From: Tubulanus polymorphus | Taxonomy: Eukaryota; Animalia; Nemertea | Length of the DNA stretch: 64,000 nucleotides | Direction of reading: 5' to 3' | Assembly (NCBI RefSeq): GCF_964204645.1 | Contig: NC_134027.1 | Coordinates: 12,060,485 to 12,124,484, forward strand | In this document: piece after piece, positions 1 to 13,264 of the stretch | Layout: every line of letters begins with the position of its first letter | Position numbering within the stretch: position 1 is the stretch's first letter | The notes under the pieces: model-generated | Databases searched by the model: none | What the model saw: only the letters and a program-made list of their open reading frames with translations | Told to the model about the DNA's origin: nothing | Position numbers and translations under genes: made by a program

Positions 1-1294
1 ATAAGTTGAAGGTAGGGCGGAGAGATCTGACGAAAAGAAACAACAAACGATATGGGCGCCAAATTGACCCATGCCTAATTGCCCGACCAAATAGTCCGAC
101 CAGACCTGAGTCCAATTAAGCCGAGTCAAATTAGAGCGTGTTAATTTAAACTGGTTCTGGAAGTCAGTCACTTCGCTTTGCTTAAGTATGGACTCGTTTT
201 AGAGTCTCTTCAATCATTGTTTAGTATCGAATGAATGGGTTTGCATTTGAATGTGAAATAAATTTGAACATGAAAATCAGCGCGCTCTTTGGTAAGCAAT
301 GAAAACAATTAAAGTCGGACCCTGATTCGAGCCAATTTGTTTGCAAATTAGCCATTGTCCTAGTTTTAACTTCTGATTTGTACCCTGTATAGGCCGGTTT
401 ATATATCTGTTTGTACTCTTTCATAGAAATTCGACAGATATCAAATGGCATCTTTGATTACAGACACTGTTGACCGATACACACCAATATGTCCATCCAT
501 CCGACAGCTACGTTTTACAACTAGAAGTGCATAAAATCAGATTCCTAATGATATTACATGTATTACTATTAAGAAAAAGCTATTAATTATGAATAAATTC
601 AAAAAGAATTGAGAAAATATCTTGCTTTGAATGGCTTTTAATTAAATATTGGAAAGGGCGATTTTGAAGGGGGAATTTTATCTGCGGTGTCACTGCATAT
701 CGAGTAATCAAGAAGCACAAACTCCCTAAGGTGATAAAGTGTTTTAAGCAGATCTTTTCCGATTGGGATCCCAATATATGAATTGCACATGGAACTATTA
801 TGTATAAACACCTCTCACAATTTACGTAATGACTGAGTGGTTCCTTTTGCACAAGCTATATTACACCATGATGAAAAGCCTTTTATAGTTTAGAGTTGGA
901 TTTCTCGATGTATAAATGCAAGGAGGGTCAGAAGCTTTATGCTCAATAACAATCGGTTCCTATAAATGTTTACTATGGATTTCAAAATAAAAGAAAAATC
1001 TACGTTTAAATGAGATATCTGTTTCATTACTCGTGATATATCGAGGAATCTCTGCAATAAAATTTGACGATTTCAAAATTATTACAAAATGAGCAAACTT
1101 TGTGATATCTGCTAACAGTATAAATTCAAGCGTATATGCGGATTTGCGTGATATGTAATAAATATCGTAGCGAATAATCAAAGTGAGAAAAGTATCTACC
1201 GTAGCTAGAGATAATAATGAGTCCCATATCCAGAATATCTGAACCAAAATATCTCCCTCAAAAAACCTTCAACCATTCAAAAAACATAGGAATA

Positions 1295-2057
1295 TGGTTG
1301 TAGGTAAAAATCTCCCTGGTAAAAATCCCCTAGGTAAATATCCCCTGTTTAAAAACCCAAAATATTCAAAGTAGGTAAAAATCCCCACTCGGTGATTTTC
1401 AAAGACATTTCAAAGCAAAATGTTTCTCCAATTTTATTAATTTGCTATGAGACTGAAATATGTTAGAACTGTGCAATGAAATCTTTCGTTGCGATAAATT
1501 CATAAGTAAAACTCTTAGCATAAAATAAATTGTTAGAATTGATAACAATAATAAATTTTTATTTGTAATATCTAAAGATTCGAACAGGAGTATTTTTGAA
1601 CTGCGGACTCTTGTTAACTGTGGTATATTTCAGCTGTGCGATGCCAAAAATTATTAGAAATAATGTTCTTTTGATTTGAAATATTTTAGATTCAAGCTAG
1701 TGTAATATATTTGAAATGTGCGATGAACCCTTTCATTAAGCTATGCGATCACTTTATTTACCAATTTAGTAGTAATGAACAATGTTAATTTTGTAGTATG
1801 TTTTAATCAAATAGTATATACTATAGTTTGTATACTCATGATATCATTATGGTGTTTCACAGTAAAATATGAATTAATTGGATATATGTATCAATAATAT
1901 GAATTAATTGACCTTAAGATTGTATCTACAATCCATTCATAAGGAGGGCGATTTCTACCTACACTAAAGAATCGGGGATTTTTACCGAGAGGATTTTAAC
2001 CTAGGGGATTGTTACCTAGGGTATTTTTTACCCAGATGATTTTTGCCGCTAACCATA
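1295..2057. mobile_element. Non-autonomous DNA transposon/MITE (~750 bp) with GGTAAAAATCCCC subterminal repeats, copy 1
   Basis: Clustered ggtaaaaatcccc motifs at the left end and ggggatttttacc-like motifs at the right end; imperfect TIR atggttgtaggtaaaaatc / gatttttgccgctaaccat; the whole body recurs in reverse complement at 22420-23122. Confidence 0.75.
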
Positions 2058-2867
2058 GATGTAGTTTGTGATTTTGAATAATGGTCTTGGCAATGCACTA
2101 ATTATGAACAATTTACTTTGTTTTGTTGAATTAACTACTTGTAATCAATCCACTATAGAACTATTGTGGATCCTAACAATGAGTCTGGCCTGCTATTCTA
2201 AACTCTTTCCGAAAATTATATTGCTAAGATATTCCTAGTCTTCATCATTTAGCATGAACTCTAGATGTTGGGCCTGGATATATTTCGGATTCATTAAATG
2301 GTATCATAAGCGTTGAATGTTTTGGCGGAGGTATTATGCTCCAGTTTCACGCGTAAAACAAACAAAAAAAAATATATCCATACATAGGTCATTGCATTAT
2401 AGAAATTAAACTGTTGACAAGTTGTAATAAATCTATATAGATGAAACAATTTTAAAGAAAATGCATTATGTTTGTAGTTTCTATTCAACTACTATTGACT
2501 GTGCGCCTCGGGTTCAATCAACTCGTCATCTCCATGATTTCTATCACACATCATCAGCTGCCATTGAAATATTTGATTAGGCAGTCCTATCAAAAGTAGC
2601 GTAAATTGATACATGCGAATAATTGATGTTTCCAAAGGGTTTTTGTTACTGGCTCGTTTACATGGGAATGGTCGAAATTACCCGTTAAGAATCCCCCGAG
2701 AAATCCCATTCAAGAGGTTATGATTTGCTGCTGTTGGCCTGTTTTTTCGTTTGTATTGCAAAATTTTGTCCAAACTAACTGGAATCGTTTTAAATTGATT
2801 TCTGTGAAAATTTTCAATTTTTCCCCACATGTCAACAAGTGCCTTTCAAATCAGTATAAGTACCCTA

Positions 2868-3383
2868 TCCTCCCTCCCTCCCTCCCTCCCTCCCTCCCTC
2901 CCTCCCTCCCTCCCTCCCTCCCTCCCTCCCTCCCTCCCTCCCTCCCTCCCTCCCTCCCTCCCTCCCTCCCTCCCTCCCTCCCTCCCTCCCTCCCTCCCTC
3001 CCTCCCTCCCTCCCTCCCTCCCTCCCTCCCTCCCTCCCTCCCTCCCTCCCTCCCTCCCTCCCTCCCTCCCTCCCTCCCTCCCTCCCTCCCTCCCTCCCTC
3101 CCTCCCTCCCTCCCTCCCTCCCTCCCTCCCTCCCTCCCTCCCTCCCTCCCTCCCTCCCTCCCTCCCTCCCTCCCTCCCTCCCTCCCTCCCTCCCTCCCTC
3201 CCTCCCTCCCTCCCTCCCTCCCTCCCTCCCTCCCTCCCTCCCTCCCTCCCTCCCTCCCTCCCTCCCTCCCTCCCTCCCTCCCTCCCTCCCTCCCTCCCTC
3301 CCTCCCTCCCTCCCTCCCTCCCTCCCTCCCTCCCTCCCTCCCTCCCTCCCTCCCTCCCTCCCTCCCTCCCTCCCTCCCTCCCT
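2868..3383. repeat. (CCCT)n microsatellite, ~515 bp, essentially perfect
   Basis: Directly visible; explains the PPSL-repeat ORFs 2720-3460 and 2829-3386. Confidence 0.98.
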
Positions 3384-4313
3384 TAGTAAATTCCGGACGT
3401 TTTCTGGGTGCTAACGTTCAGTGGCCAGTAGGCTGGATTGTATTTTCTCTTATTTCATAAATCACAATGCATATAAACTAAAACTGAACTGAATTGAAAC
3501 TGAGTTCGGTTAGCAGTATAAACCTCCTAATTAACTTTCGGAATTATGAATAAAAGAGTGAGAGTGAAACATCAACCCTTATACCGAATACACTTGTATA
3601 AATGAGAAAATTCACACTAGGACAATGGCTAATTTGCGACCTTAAAATGAAAGAAAGACTCGAATTTCTTTTATCACACGCGACACGCGAATCTCCTAAT
3701 TACTCTAATAATGAGAGAAAATTCAGAATTAAATGTATCAGCTTTATAATTGAATGATGGTATCAGCTTTGTAATTGAATGATGATTATGTACGCGTAAC
3801 TTCAATGATTTGTATCGATGGGTAAATGAAATTTCCATTTAAAGAATGCATTTATCAAATTACGTCCATTGAAAATGAAATTAGCTAAACTCGAGCCATA
3901 TTACTATTTAGATTTATCGCAGTTGTCTTGTGAAAATTTATAACCAATCTTTATATAGTCCCCTGTAAAATCTAAACTCAATTTCTATATTATACACGTG
4001 ATTTAATAACGATTTCTCAACTTCGTGTTTATTCTATAATGAGAAGCGCACTGATTAGATCTGATTTCAACAGATTGTCGAAAAAGTTACAGCAATTTAC
4101 TGTTAGAGAAAGAAAATACTAAATCTATTAAGTTTTCTAAAATTATATGTAAGCATCATACCATCTCATGCTCTAGGATATTGTGTATCGTAACATTTGG
4201 AATTCCTAAATCTACCTGGCTTCATTGGGTACTGTTTTTTAAAAAGAAAAACAATTAACACCCAACGCATCAATACCTATAATTCTAAAAGTTCAGGTTA
4301 TAACGTTTAGAAT

Positions 4314-4569
4314 ATTCCTCCCTAAGTCAATACTTTGAATATAAGACCAGAAGGTAAAATTCTCTTCGTTGGACTTTTGGAGGAATCGTTTGAATATCGG
4401 ACCCCTTGGTCGAGTTTCCATCGATTGACATTGGGAGGAATGTTCCTCCCGAAGTCGATACTTTGAATATCAGAACTGAAGGTCAAATTCTCTTCGTTTG
4501 ACCTTGGGAGGAATATTCCTCCCAAAGTATTCCCTTACAAAATTTTAAAATTTTGTAAGGGAATACTTT
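4314..4569. repeat. Short array of self-complementary gggaggaat/attcctccc units followed by a perfect 46-bp palindrome
   Basis: attcctccc...gggaggaat recurs about 3 times (4314-4526); aaagtattcccttacaaaatttt|aaaattttgtaagggaatacttt at 4524-4569. Confidence 0.8.
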
Positions 4570-4610
4570 TTGCCGACGACGCAACACTTAGTATAACCGG
4601 AAAAAATTAT

Positions 4611-4722
<112 letters not shown>

Positions 4723-4729
4723 AAATCTA

Positions 4730-5470
4730 AAATTTTAAAATTTTGTAAGGGAATACTTTTTGCCGACGACGCAACACTTAGTATAACCGGAAAAAATTCG
4801 GAAGAATGACTCCATGATAGTCACCGATTGGTTCAAGGCGAATAAATTGACCTTAAATATTTCAAAAATGGCCGGACTTTTTGTTACACCCAAAGGTACA
4901 AATGAAGACGATCCCTTACTAACTTTTGGTAACACCAACATTGCTTTTTTTCGCTCACATAAATTTTAGGTCTCATTGTTGATGATAAATTCACATTTGA
5001 CGAACACATCGAAGCATTATGCTCTAAACTGAATAAGACTATTTTTTACTGAGAAGTGTTAAAAATTTATTGCCGAATTGGTGTAAACGTCTTCTTTATT
5101 TCAGCTATATAAATACACACCTAACCTATTGCCTTTCCTTATGGGGAGCACTTATATCCAAACCAAAACAAACATTTGAAAACAATTAATAAACTGCAAA
5201 AGAAAGCTTTCCGAGCATTAGATGGTGCCAAATTTAATACACCTACATCTCCCATTTTCCAGAAATATAGAATACTAAAATTCGAAGATATGATCACCAT
5301 AGAACTTCTCAAACTGGTCCACGGAGTAATTAACAATGCTCTTCCACAGCCGATAATGAATTTATTTGATCAAAATTCATTTAATCATCAATACAATACT
5401 AGATCACGGAATTTTCCCAGAATACAATTACATAAATCCCATATACTGAATTCATCTTCTCTTTGCAAAG
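4730..5470 (+). pseudogene. 5'-truncated non-LTR retrotransposon fragment (RT C-terminus; CR1/L2/Crack-like)
   Basis: Translates to ILFADDATLSITG, DWFKANKLTLNISK, KFLGLIVDDKFTFDEHI, INKLQKKAFR...PIFQKYRILKFED and HQYNTRSR, with frameshifts. Confidence 0.85.
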
Positions 5471-5603
5471 CACCGTCACCACCACCGTCACCACCACCGT
5501 CACCACCACCGTCACCACCACCGTCACCACCACCGTCACCACCACCACCACCACCACCACCACCACCACCAACACCACCAACACCACCACCACCACCACC
5601 ACC
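5471..5603. repeat. (CACCGTCACCAC)n/(CAC)n microsatellite
   Basis: Directly visible; produces poly-Pro/Thr/Val pseudo-ORFs. Confidence 0.95.
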
Positions 5604-5926
5604 AAGTCTGAAATTTTCAAATTTGGTAAATATTGTTTTTTTTTTAGTTTTAAGTGCCCAACAATAGATACTACAATAGATGTCTACTGTATATTAATTA
5701 CATAGGGGGAGCTGACGAGTTGTGTCAGCCAGAGTATATATGAAAATTTCATGTTTGCTTTGTTTTTCTCTGGAATTAAGGGCCATTACAGGCCTATTCC
5801 ATATATTATGTAATTGTGAATTATGTGCGACGATCAAATAATAATAATAATGATATAAATTATACAATAATCTTAATAGAACCACAAGATATAATCATCG
5901 TATTTGTTGCACTCGTTGTCACTTAC

Positions 5927-8900
5927 AGAGTTTACACCAGTAGACGTTGATTTACCACAGATCGTTCCAACATAGGCCATACCAGCTGCATCTGACCACG
6001 CGTTTAAACTGAAAGGGTTTGAGAGATTAGGTAGGATTAGATACTGTCTGAAATACATAAATGTATTCTTTTATTTTTTTATACTATGTATTCATTCATT
6101 AGAAATATTTAGACAAATTCACTTCGCAAGAATATTCGTTTGAACTTTTCTATACATTTTCTATGAACTAAAATGCGTTTTCCAAATCTTCCATTCATTT
6201 TCATACATCGTCCGCTGTGAGGTTGGTAATGACAGAAAACCATACCGTACATATTCCTCCAGTTTTTAACTGTTTACATATTTCGATATGCAGCAAACTA
6301 GATAACCCTATTTTCCTAAACATGTACCTGAGGAACTGAGCATTATCAAATTTCATGTTGCTCCAGAGATGGTCGTGTACATAGTTTTTGAAAGAAGAAA
6401 GTTCAGCCCCACCAGTGCTGTGCCGTGTCATCAGGTCACTAGCATTCCATATTTCAACTCCAACTAATATTATCCGGATATTGATACGCACGTATATCTA
6501 CAGAAAAACCAAATCTTACCGATGTATAACTGATAACAGCCACAGATTAGGATCAACAGTCGGGTCAATAACGAAAAAATGAAAAACTTACCGCATCAAC
6601 TGCATTGGCCAAGATGAAAACACGCTCTTTAATCTTTGACACATTTCCGTTATAATGATTGTACTAGATAAAACATTAGAAACGAATTAAAAAAGTCGAA
6701 AATAGCGCGAGCAGTGGATATACCGGTTCATGCATTGCATGGCACTAGAATATGTACTGATGGTTTCTGTTGAATCATACTTGCTATTTATACCAGCTTT
6801 TCCTTGACAATAGTTTCAATCGCAAAAGCTATTTCCGAGGTTTTTCGGAGTTTGAAATCTCAAAAAATTACTGCTATAAATGAAAAACTGATAAAATTCG
6901 TACTAAATATGTACGTAGCCTCGACAATCTGGTATATCTTACTTTAGCAAAAGTAAATTAAGATAGATACATAGTTATAACCTAGTATCCCATCTACAAT
7001 CCATATTTTCTGGCATATTACGTTTTATACTAACCAAAGCGTGGTCGACGACAAATACCAATTCGGAATATCTAGTTTCATCAGTTGTTAGATAAGGTCT
7101 GTATTGATTGTCAATGTCAGCCACGTTTCGTTTTGATATCTGGAAAATCAAGATGATATAGAGGATTTCCGGGGGACTAATGTTCATGTCAATCTAATGC
7201 TGCAAGGTACACTAGCCTAAGCACGTTCTAGAGTTTGAGTTCAACTAAAGTATAAAAGCAAAATACAGTAGAGCACGCTAAGTCGGATCATTTGAGACCG
7301 TAATTTTTGGTCTTACACGTATTCGAAAAAATTGCCAATTTTCATACGAGAAGCAATGCATACGTGAAGGAATGCGTACTTTTTTCACTACAGAGATTGA
7401 GATAGGCTTTCCCTGACAGTTTTTCTGAGGCACCGATATTTCAAAAGCTATATTTCTATAATTCCGTAGCGGTACATGTGTGAGTAAAATAGTATGATCT
7501 TGACTAGAACGAGCTGCTAAGCGAGGTTATTGTAGTTAATTAAAGTAAAACTAACATTGGTTTTGAAGAGCTTTAAAGGGGAACAGCAGTGAAAATGTTT
7601 TTGTATCTATATGTGTTAGAAACCTTTATAAATACATTTTCAAAACAGCAGAAAAACATTTCATCTAATACTTTATCCAAAAAAGAGGGTTATGTAGAGT
7701 GCCTGGCCGCCGCCATTTTCTCCACCTAGCAGACGCTTTTCTCTCGGCTGTGACGTATTTCGGCTCACTGCGATACGTGTTACTGCTGCTAATCATAGTG
7801 TTTTCACCAATAATAGTTCGAAACTGCAGCATAATGCCACATCAGCAATTATTCGGATATGTTTCACACAGTGAGTGGATAAATAAAAGTAAAGACCCCA
7901 CTGGCAGCCCAGCAGGAGTATTTTAATCGCAATTTTCAACTGAGATCTTCGATTAGTGTATCTATTTGTGTACACACTGGAGTGTGTGATGGGCCGGAGA
8001 TAAGTCATCAATGTTTACATGCCTCACTTTGGAATTCAAATATGGCGGCTCACATCTGCCGTAAATTCTGCTGATAACAGTATTAAAATCGTTGTATACA
8101 AGTTAATTAGGAAGAATTGGAAATTTCAACTAGCATTATGCTAAACATGAATGGCCAATTATAATTTTTTGACTGCAGTTCCACTTTAAAAACAAGAAAG
8201 AAAACAATTAGCCTTTTTACTATCAGTTTGATACCAAGGTGGAACCTGACAGCACCTGGTAACCAATGAAGGGAAATTGGTGTGATATGCAAGAGGTAGC
8301 AAGTAGCAAAATGATTTCCTTGTAAGACTTACATGATGTGTAACCGATCTCCTTTTCAAAGTCTGTTCTCCATGCTGGGCTATGAAATAAAACAAGACAT
8401 CAGAAACGGACAAACATCTTCAAGCAACCGGGAATTTAGATAGTAATTACCACAAGAAGCAGTGACATCATCTTTTTCTGTTGCCCTTCTGATCACGTGA
8501 AGCGACTGAAAAGGATTTCATTAGCACGATTCTTTTATTGATGTACAATATGTTAGTATAAATCCAACTAAGGTGTCGAAATATCCTATGAAATAATCAT
8601 AGTTTAGTCGAGCTGGCTCATATTACGTTTCTTTTTCGATTTCTCACGTAAAGAAAAATTAAAGAATTTCGAAAACCCCAAAAATTAGATTACAGAAATT
8701 TATGTTATGACTGAACAGAATTCGTTGCCTATAGCCCGATTAAACTGTTTATCAGGAGGGAGTTATAGCCACCAGACACTGGATGGGTCCATCACTACAT
8801 CATAAAAAGATAGCACTTTGTTGAAATACTATTTGTAATTTCTAGTCGTAGTTATACACATGTTCTATGAAAATGAATCAAATTAAATCGATATGACATT

Positions 8901-11900
8901 CTCGCACTGGAAAACTCCCTATAGTAGATTCGGACTCACTAACCTGGTCATTGACGGGTTCCAGGTAGAACTTCTGGCCTTCCGTTTCGATAAAACCTCT
9001 GAAAAAAAGAGGTTATCGTTGATTTCTCGCATTGAAGTTACCGGACGTCTAATGGACGCGGCTGCTACGTACCTCAATCCATTCTCACATGTAGATATGA
9101 CAACTGAAGATTCTGGGTCACCCCTTACTCTACCTTGATAATGACAATTCCTCTCCCGATGCTAAAACGACGCAATATGGAATGTAATGCACACACTTCC
9201 AGTAATTTCTGAATGTTTTCGGAAAGTGTTCGAAGAACCAACCCAAGATATTTAAACTTAAAATTTCAGAACCCTGCCTTTTCAAATCGTGTAATGGTAA
9301 CATTTTTGGAATCAAAACACCTACGATTCAGTTGGAAAAGAACCAAAATAATGAAGATACAATACGCACCTCGAATATAGTTTTTTAATATGGAGAAGAA
9401 ATGTCAATTTAACGATCGATCTTATATTCATATCAACGCATTATCATCAATAACATTTTGTTGACATGAATTTACATTGGATTGATTATTAACACGCTTA
9501 AAGCGAATAAAAAATCACTTACTTTAGTGGTTCTAACAGAACCGTCGTTGCCAAATGTCCTAGTGGTAAACTCGGCAGGAATCAAAATCCTGCAGATTGA
9601 AAATACGATATTTTTAGTCATTTTGTCTTATATTGGTCTTATACTGTTAACTGTAAAATAAATCGGCAGAATTCAGCAAGATTGGGGAAGAGTTTCCCCA
9701 ATCTTGCTGAATTCTGCCGATATACGAAGAAACGGACGCAGAGCGAGGCGCCGAAACGCGAAATGACCGCGCAGAAACGGGCGCAGAAACGAACCTTCGT
9801 TTCTGCGCCCGTACGTATCTGCGCGTTTCTTCGCGGTCATTTCTCGTTTCGGCGCCCCGCTGATTAGAAACGAACTTCGTTTCTGCATCCGTTTCGTTTC
9901 TGCGCGATAACTTTGCTGTTTTACCACGTGATGCAGTTCCGAGGCCAAATACGAAAATCATCAAAAAATCATCGAATACTTTTAAGATCAGCTGTCTCAC
10001 TAACAATTGATTAACTAATGATAAAAGTTGATTCAAATTTGATTGAAATGAAGCGGGAAATTGAAGCAAGGTAACCCAGTGCCACTAGCGATTCTAGTTG
10101 ATCATCGCTTGCTTCTGTAGCGATTCCGTTATCCAATCGATTGAGTTTAGGTTTTTTTCAATAAAACTTCCTTTAATCAATGAATAGTGTATTGATTCTC
10201 TGCTGAAAGCCAGTTAATTGTATCATTTGCAAATATACAAATTCAGATCCATTTTATTTTTACTAATTGACGTATAGGCGGTACGTTAAAATGTTTGAGT
10301 TAACAATTACTAAAATCGAAGATAATTTTATTTTACTTATCTTTCAATTTAATGTCAAAAACATTTGGCATTAATATTCGATTTCGGGAACAGATACGCC
10401 CAGCTTGGTAAAGTAAAGGGCACTTTAGTAGGCTGAGATTAGAATGAATTGTTGAACTTAAGAAATGACCCTGCAACGTCACGTGCCGTTGCTATCTACT
10501 TATCGAGAATACACGTGCCCTCGGGACTGCACCACGTGGTAAAACAGAAATATTACCGCGCAGAAACGAAACGGACGCAGAAACGAAGGTTCTATTGTGG
10601 AGACTTTCAGGACATATATTATTGAGCTTTCATGAATTACATCAACAAGCTTTTAGGGAACATATTAGTAGGTTTCAGTTATGTTCAGTTAAGCTATATC
10701 AACAAGTAATGTACGGAAGCTGGAGTTCATGGCCAGTGTTCCTGTTGCCAGACAACCTGCGTGGATACGTACGTCATACATAAACATAAATAGAAGTAAC
10801 ATAACTAAACAAGTCTGGAATTGACGTAGGTGTCTACGTAGAAACCCTAATTTGGTGCAGCCATGGACTGTGATGAGTGCAAAAAGATACTTTTAGATAA
10901 TTGTGACGTGTGCAGATACGTCATCATCCATACATGGATTGGAGGAATGTTGTGACGTAGGAATACGTCACACTCCATGAATTCCAAGCCATGTGTGAAA
11001 AAGGGTCTGCACACGTTACTAAAGTGAAAATAATATAAAAAGGGAGCGTTTATAGTTGTATGAAAGGTTTAAAAGGGTTTAAAAAAGGTTAGAGGTTGGA
11101 GAGAACAGAGCTCCGGGAATGATCTTGTATACATCTAGTAAGAGAAAAATAAACGAATAGATAACTTAAGAAGATGTTAAGTTATATACGGGAACCTTGT
11201 AAGAAAGTCAAGACCGAGGACTGAAGATCCGGCATACAGACAGATCCCGCACAACATCGCCGAGAGATACATTACTAAACGCTAGTCGGAGAACCCAACC
11301 CGGAACCACAACACTGGTGGAAACAGCCGTCATAACATTGTTAGAGAACCGAAACCATTATCATAACAATCCATAACCATAACAGTTCGTTATAACAGAC
11401 GCAGAAACGAAGCAATATATTTTTTTGCGTGGCATATTGCACGGAATTTTTTTTTTCAACTTGGCCCGAATCAGCCACCATAACAACACATCATCACCAC
11501 TTACTTGTTTTTTATGAGGTCGATAATAATGCGTTTGGAAAACGCTGCTAAAGCGAACGACGCTTCGTGTTCGTGGTCATTCATATCCTGAAAACACGAT
11601 AGGAGCGAATCAAAACGATGCCAACTGACGATTATCTCTATAGTGTGATAGTGTGAGAGTTCGAAACGTCGTGTATTTTGATTTTAATTCTCTTGATAAG
11701 AAAAATCGATCTTATTGTTTTATATTCTGTATATAGTGGGTTTAAAACTAATTAACGATTGCAACGAAATTTGACTTTTTAATCAATTGTCTAATGTGTA
11801 TGTATGTAGCTGCATAAAGTAAGCCTGCAACACCGTCTTTTACTCTAAGTATTACATATACCTCATCTAAGGTTGATAAGTCTCTATCGTGACGAATCGA

Positions 11901-12212
11901 GTGTAGACGTTGTGGGTAGATCTCTTCAGAGGCTTAAAAGGAAAGATATTACATTCAATCGGATTTAAACGTCATACGTTCCATCATTATATTCTAGCAG
12001 AAAACATAGACATGGTGTAAATCAGTTTCATACTTCCAAATTTAGATTTTTTTCTGTGTAATACGAAAATATGTTTTGACATACGTACATTTTCGTTTGT
12101 TCTTAGTTTCAGGAAAAATGCTGACCATTTGTTACTTACTGGTTTCATGTGAGATAATGATGTCATATTGCATCAACAGGACACACACCACCAAGGATGC
12201 CCAACAGCTCAT
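5927..12212 (-). CDS. ADAM/reprolysin (M12B) metalloprotease: signal peptide, prodomain and N-terminal part of the catalytic domain; 3' exons not found in window
   Basis: Phase-consistent GT-AG exons: 12140-12212 (MSCWASLVVCVLLMQYDIIISHET, signal peptide), 11862-11932, 11505-11587, 9523-9589, 9073-9161 (CHYQGRVRGDPESSVVISTCENGLR), 8944-8998 (GFIETEGQKFYLEP), 8451-8505 (cysteine-switch-like SC), 8333-8379, 7035-7139 (SKR..RYSELVFVVDHAL), 6592-6663, 6328-6497 (IRIILVGVEIW...FDNAQFL), 5927-6008 (GMAYVGTIC...GVNS). Confidence 0.9.
7266..7532. mobile_element. Degenerate Tc1/mariner(pogo)-like MITE
   Basis: TA|CAGTAGAGCACGCTAAG ... CTAAGCGAGGTTATTG|TA: imperfect TIRs with a TA TSD. Confidence 0.45.
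7577..8185. mobile_element. Kolobok-like non-autonomous element
   Basis: TTAA|AGGGGAACAGCAGT ... ACTGCAGTTCCACT|TTAA: TTAA TSD with purine-purine termini. Confidence 0.7.
9662..10588. mobile_element. Foldback/MITE-like element with GCAGAAACG repeats and a perfect 28-bp hairpin
   Basis: Hairpin at 9662-9721 (28-bp stem, GAGT loop); inverted arms ~9875-9947 and ~10515-10588; repeated gcagaaacg/cgtttctgc motifs. Confidence 0.65.
10589..11397 (-). mobile_element. Solo-LTR-like insertion
   Basis: The reverse strand begins TGTTATAAC (LTR-like); the segment is bounded by a 15-bp direct repeat gacgcagaaacgaag (10574-10588, 11398-11412). Confidence 0.4.
11620..11750 (+). repeat. Penelope-like element terminal remnant with hammerhead-like core
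   Basis: ctgacgat..tctc..gaga..cgaaacgtcgtg followed by an AT-rich tail and agtgggttt; similar to 21945-22060. Confidence 0.45.
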
Positions 12213-12260
12213 TTTATGTTATTTTTCTGAAGTAAAAAGGATACTTTGCTTTGTGTGATA

Positions 12261-12706
12261 GGCCACGCTAAGAATGCCCTTGTTTCTCATCAGCCCTTTG
12301 AGTGACGAGGGCGGGAGTTTTTTTAAAATTTTTACCTCCCTTTTTTAAATAGGTAGATAGGTAAAGCCTTATCCAAAATTCCAAAACTGACGTGGGAGAC
12401 TATTTTTTCATTTTTCATTTTAAAATTTTAGGCGATAACTACCTAGAATCAGGATGGAAAGCACTTCGTCGCCGAAATACTCACCTATACCACAGTCACA
12501 ATTGGGGAAAGACCGCGTAGAAAAAACATAAAAATGCGATTAGGTTGTTTATCGGATGCGTGCGGGAGTGTTTTTACTTTTTTTTAAACGAAACAAAAAC
12601 ATATTTCTGCATGCGCGATGCGCATTTCTATTTTCATTTTTTACTGACGGACTTCTTTTGACGCGCGCGGAAAGTGATGAGAAACAAGCAACTTTTTTGC
12701 GTGGCC
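12261..12706. mobile_element. PIF/Harbinger(Tourist)-like MITE
   Basis: ATA|GGCCACGC..cttgtttctcatca ... tgatgagaaacaag..GCGTGGCC|ATA; 3-bp TSD. Confidence 0.75.
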
Positions 12707-12954
12707 ATATATACATCTTTTAAAACGTTTTTATAAGTACGTGACCCATGTATATGTAGAGCCAATGACGTACATATTCTCTATGGATATATATCGTTAG
12801 GGTTTGTCCTTAGTGAACGGGGTCAGATTAGTTGTCCAACGCCTACGTTTTGGGGATCTTAAATCATTGAAAAAGTTTCTTCTCGTGGACTTTCTTCCCA
12901 CCTTTTTTACCTAATTATTTCTCATCGACATTTTCTTACCATCCAGAAATATTA

Positions 12955-13264
12955 GGCTGCGTCGAGGGAAAAATGTAATGAGGGCGCCAGAACGCCAGAA
13001 CGCCAAAACGAAAAAAAAACGTCAAATTTTCTCTGAAAGTTCGTTTTGGCGCGCCAAAACAACGAATATTCCGTTTTGGCGGGGGCGCCAAAACGAACTT
13101 TTAGAGAAATTTCGACGTTTTTCGTTGTTTTGACGGGGCGCCAAAACGGAATTTTCTTTGTTTTGGCGGGCGCCAAAACGGACATTCAGAGAAATTTGGA
13201 CGTTTTTTTTGTTTTGGCGTTCTGGCGCCCTGATTTGCATACCAGAGGTTTTTCGTCATGGCCC
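12955..13264. mobile_element. Palindromic MITE with GGCGCCAAAACG repeats
   Basis: TTA flanks on both sides; the internal sequence is almost wholly self-complementary (ggcgccagaacgcc ... ggcgttctggcgcc). Confidence 0.7.

Noticed and set aside
2720-3460. 246-aa and 185-aa proline-rich ORFs
   Set aside because: They are translations of the (CCCT)n microsatellite.
5399-5705. Poly-Val/Thr/Pro ORFs (mucin- or extensin-like)
   Set aside because: They are translations of the (CAC)n repeat at the end of a LINE fragment.
9647-10069. 140-aa Arg-rich ORF and overlapping ORFs (also 12952-13348, 18132-18443, 30451-30828)
   Set aside because: They lie inside palindromic MITEs or repeats and have no recognisable protein motifs.
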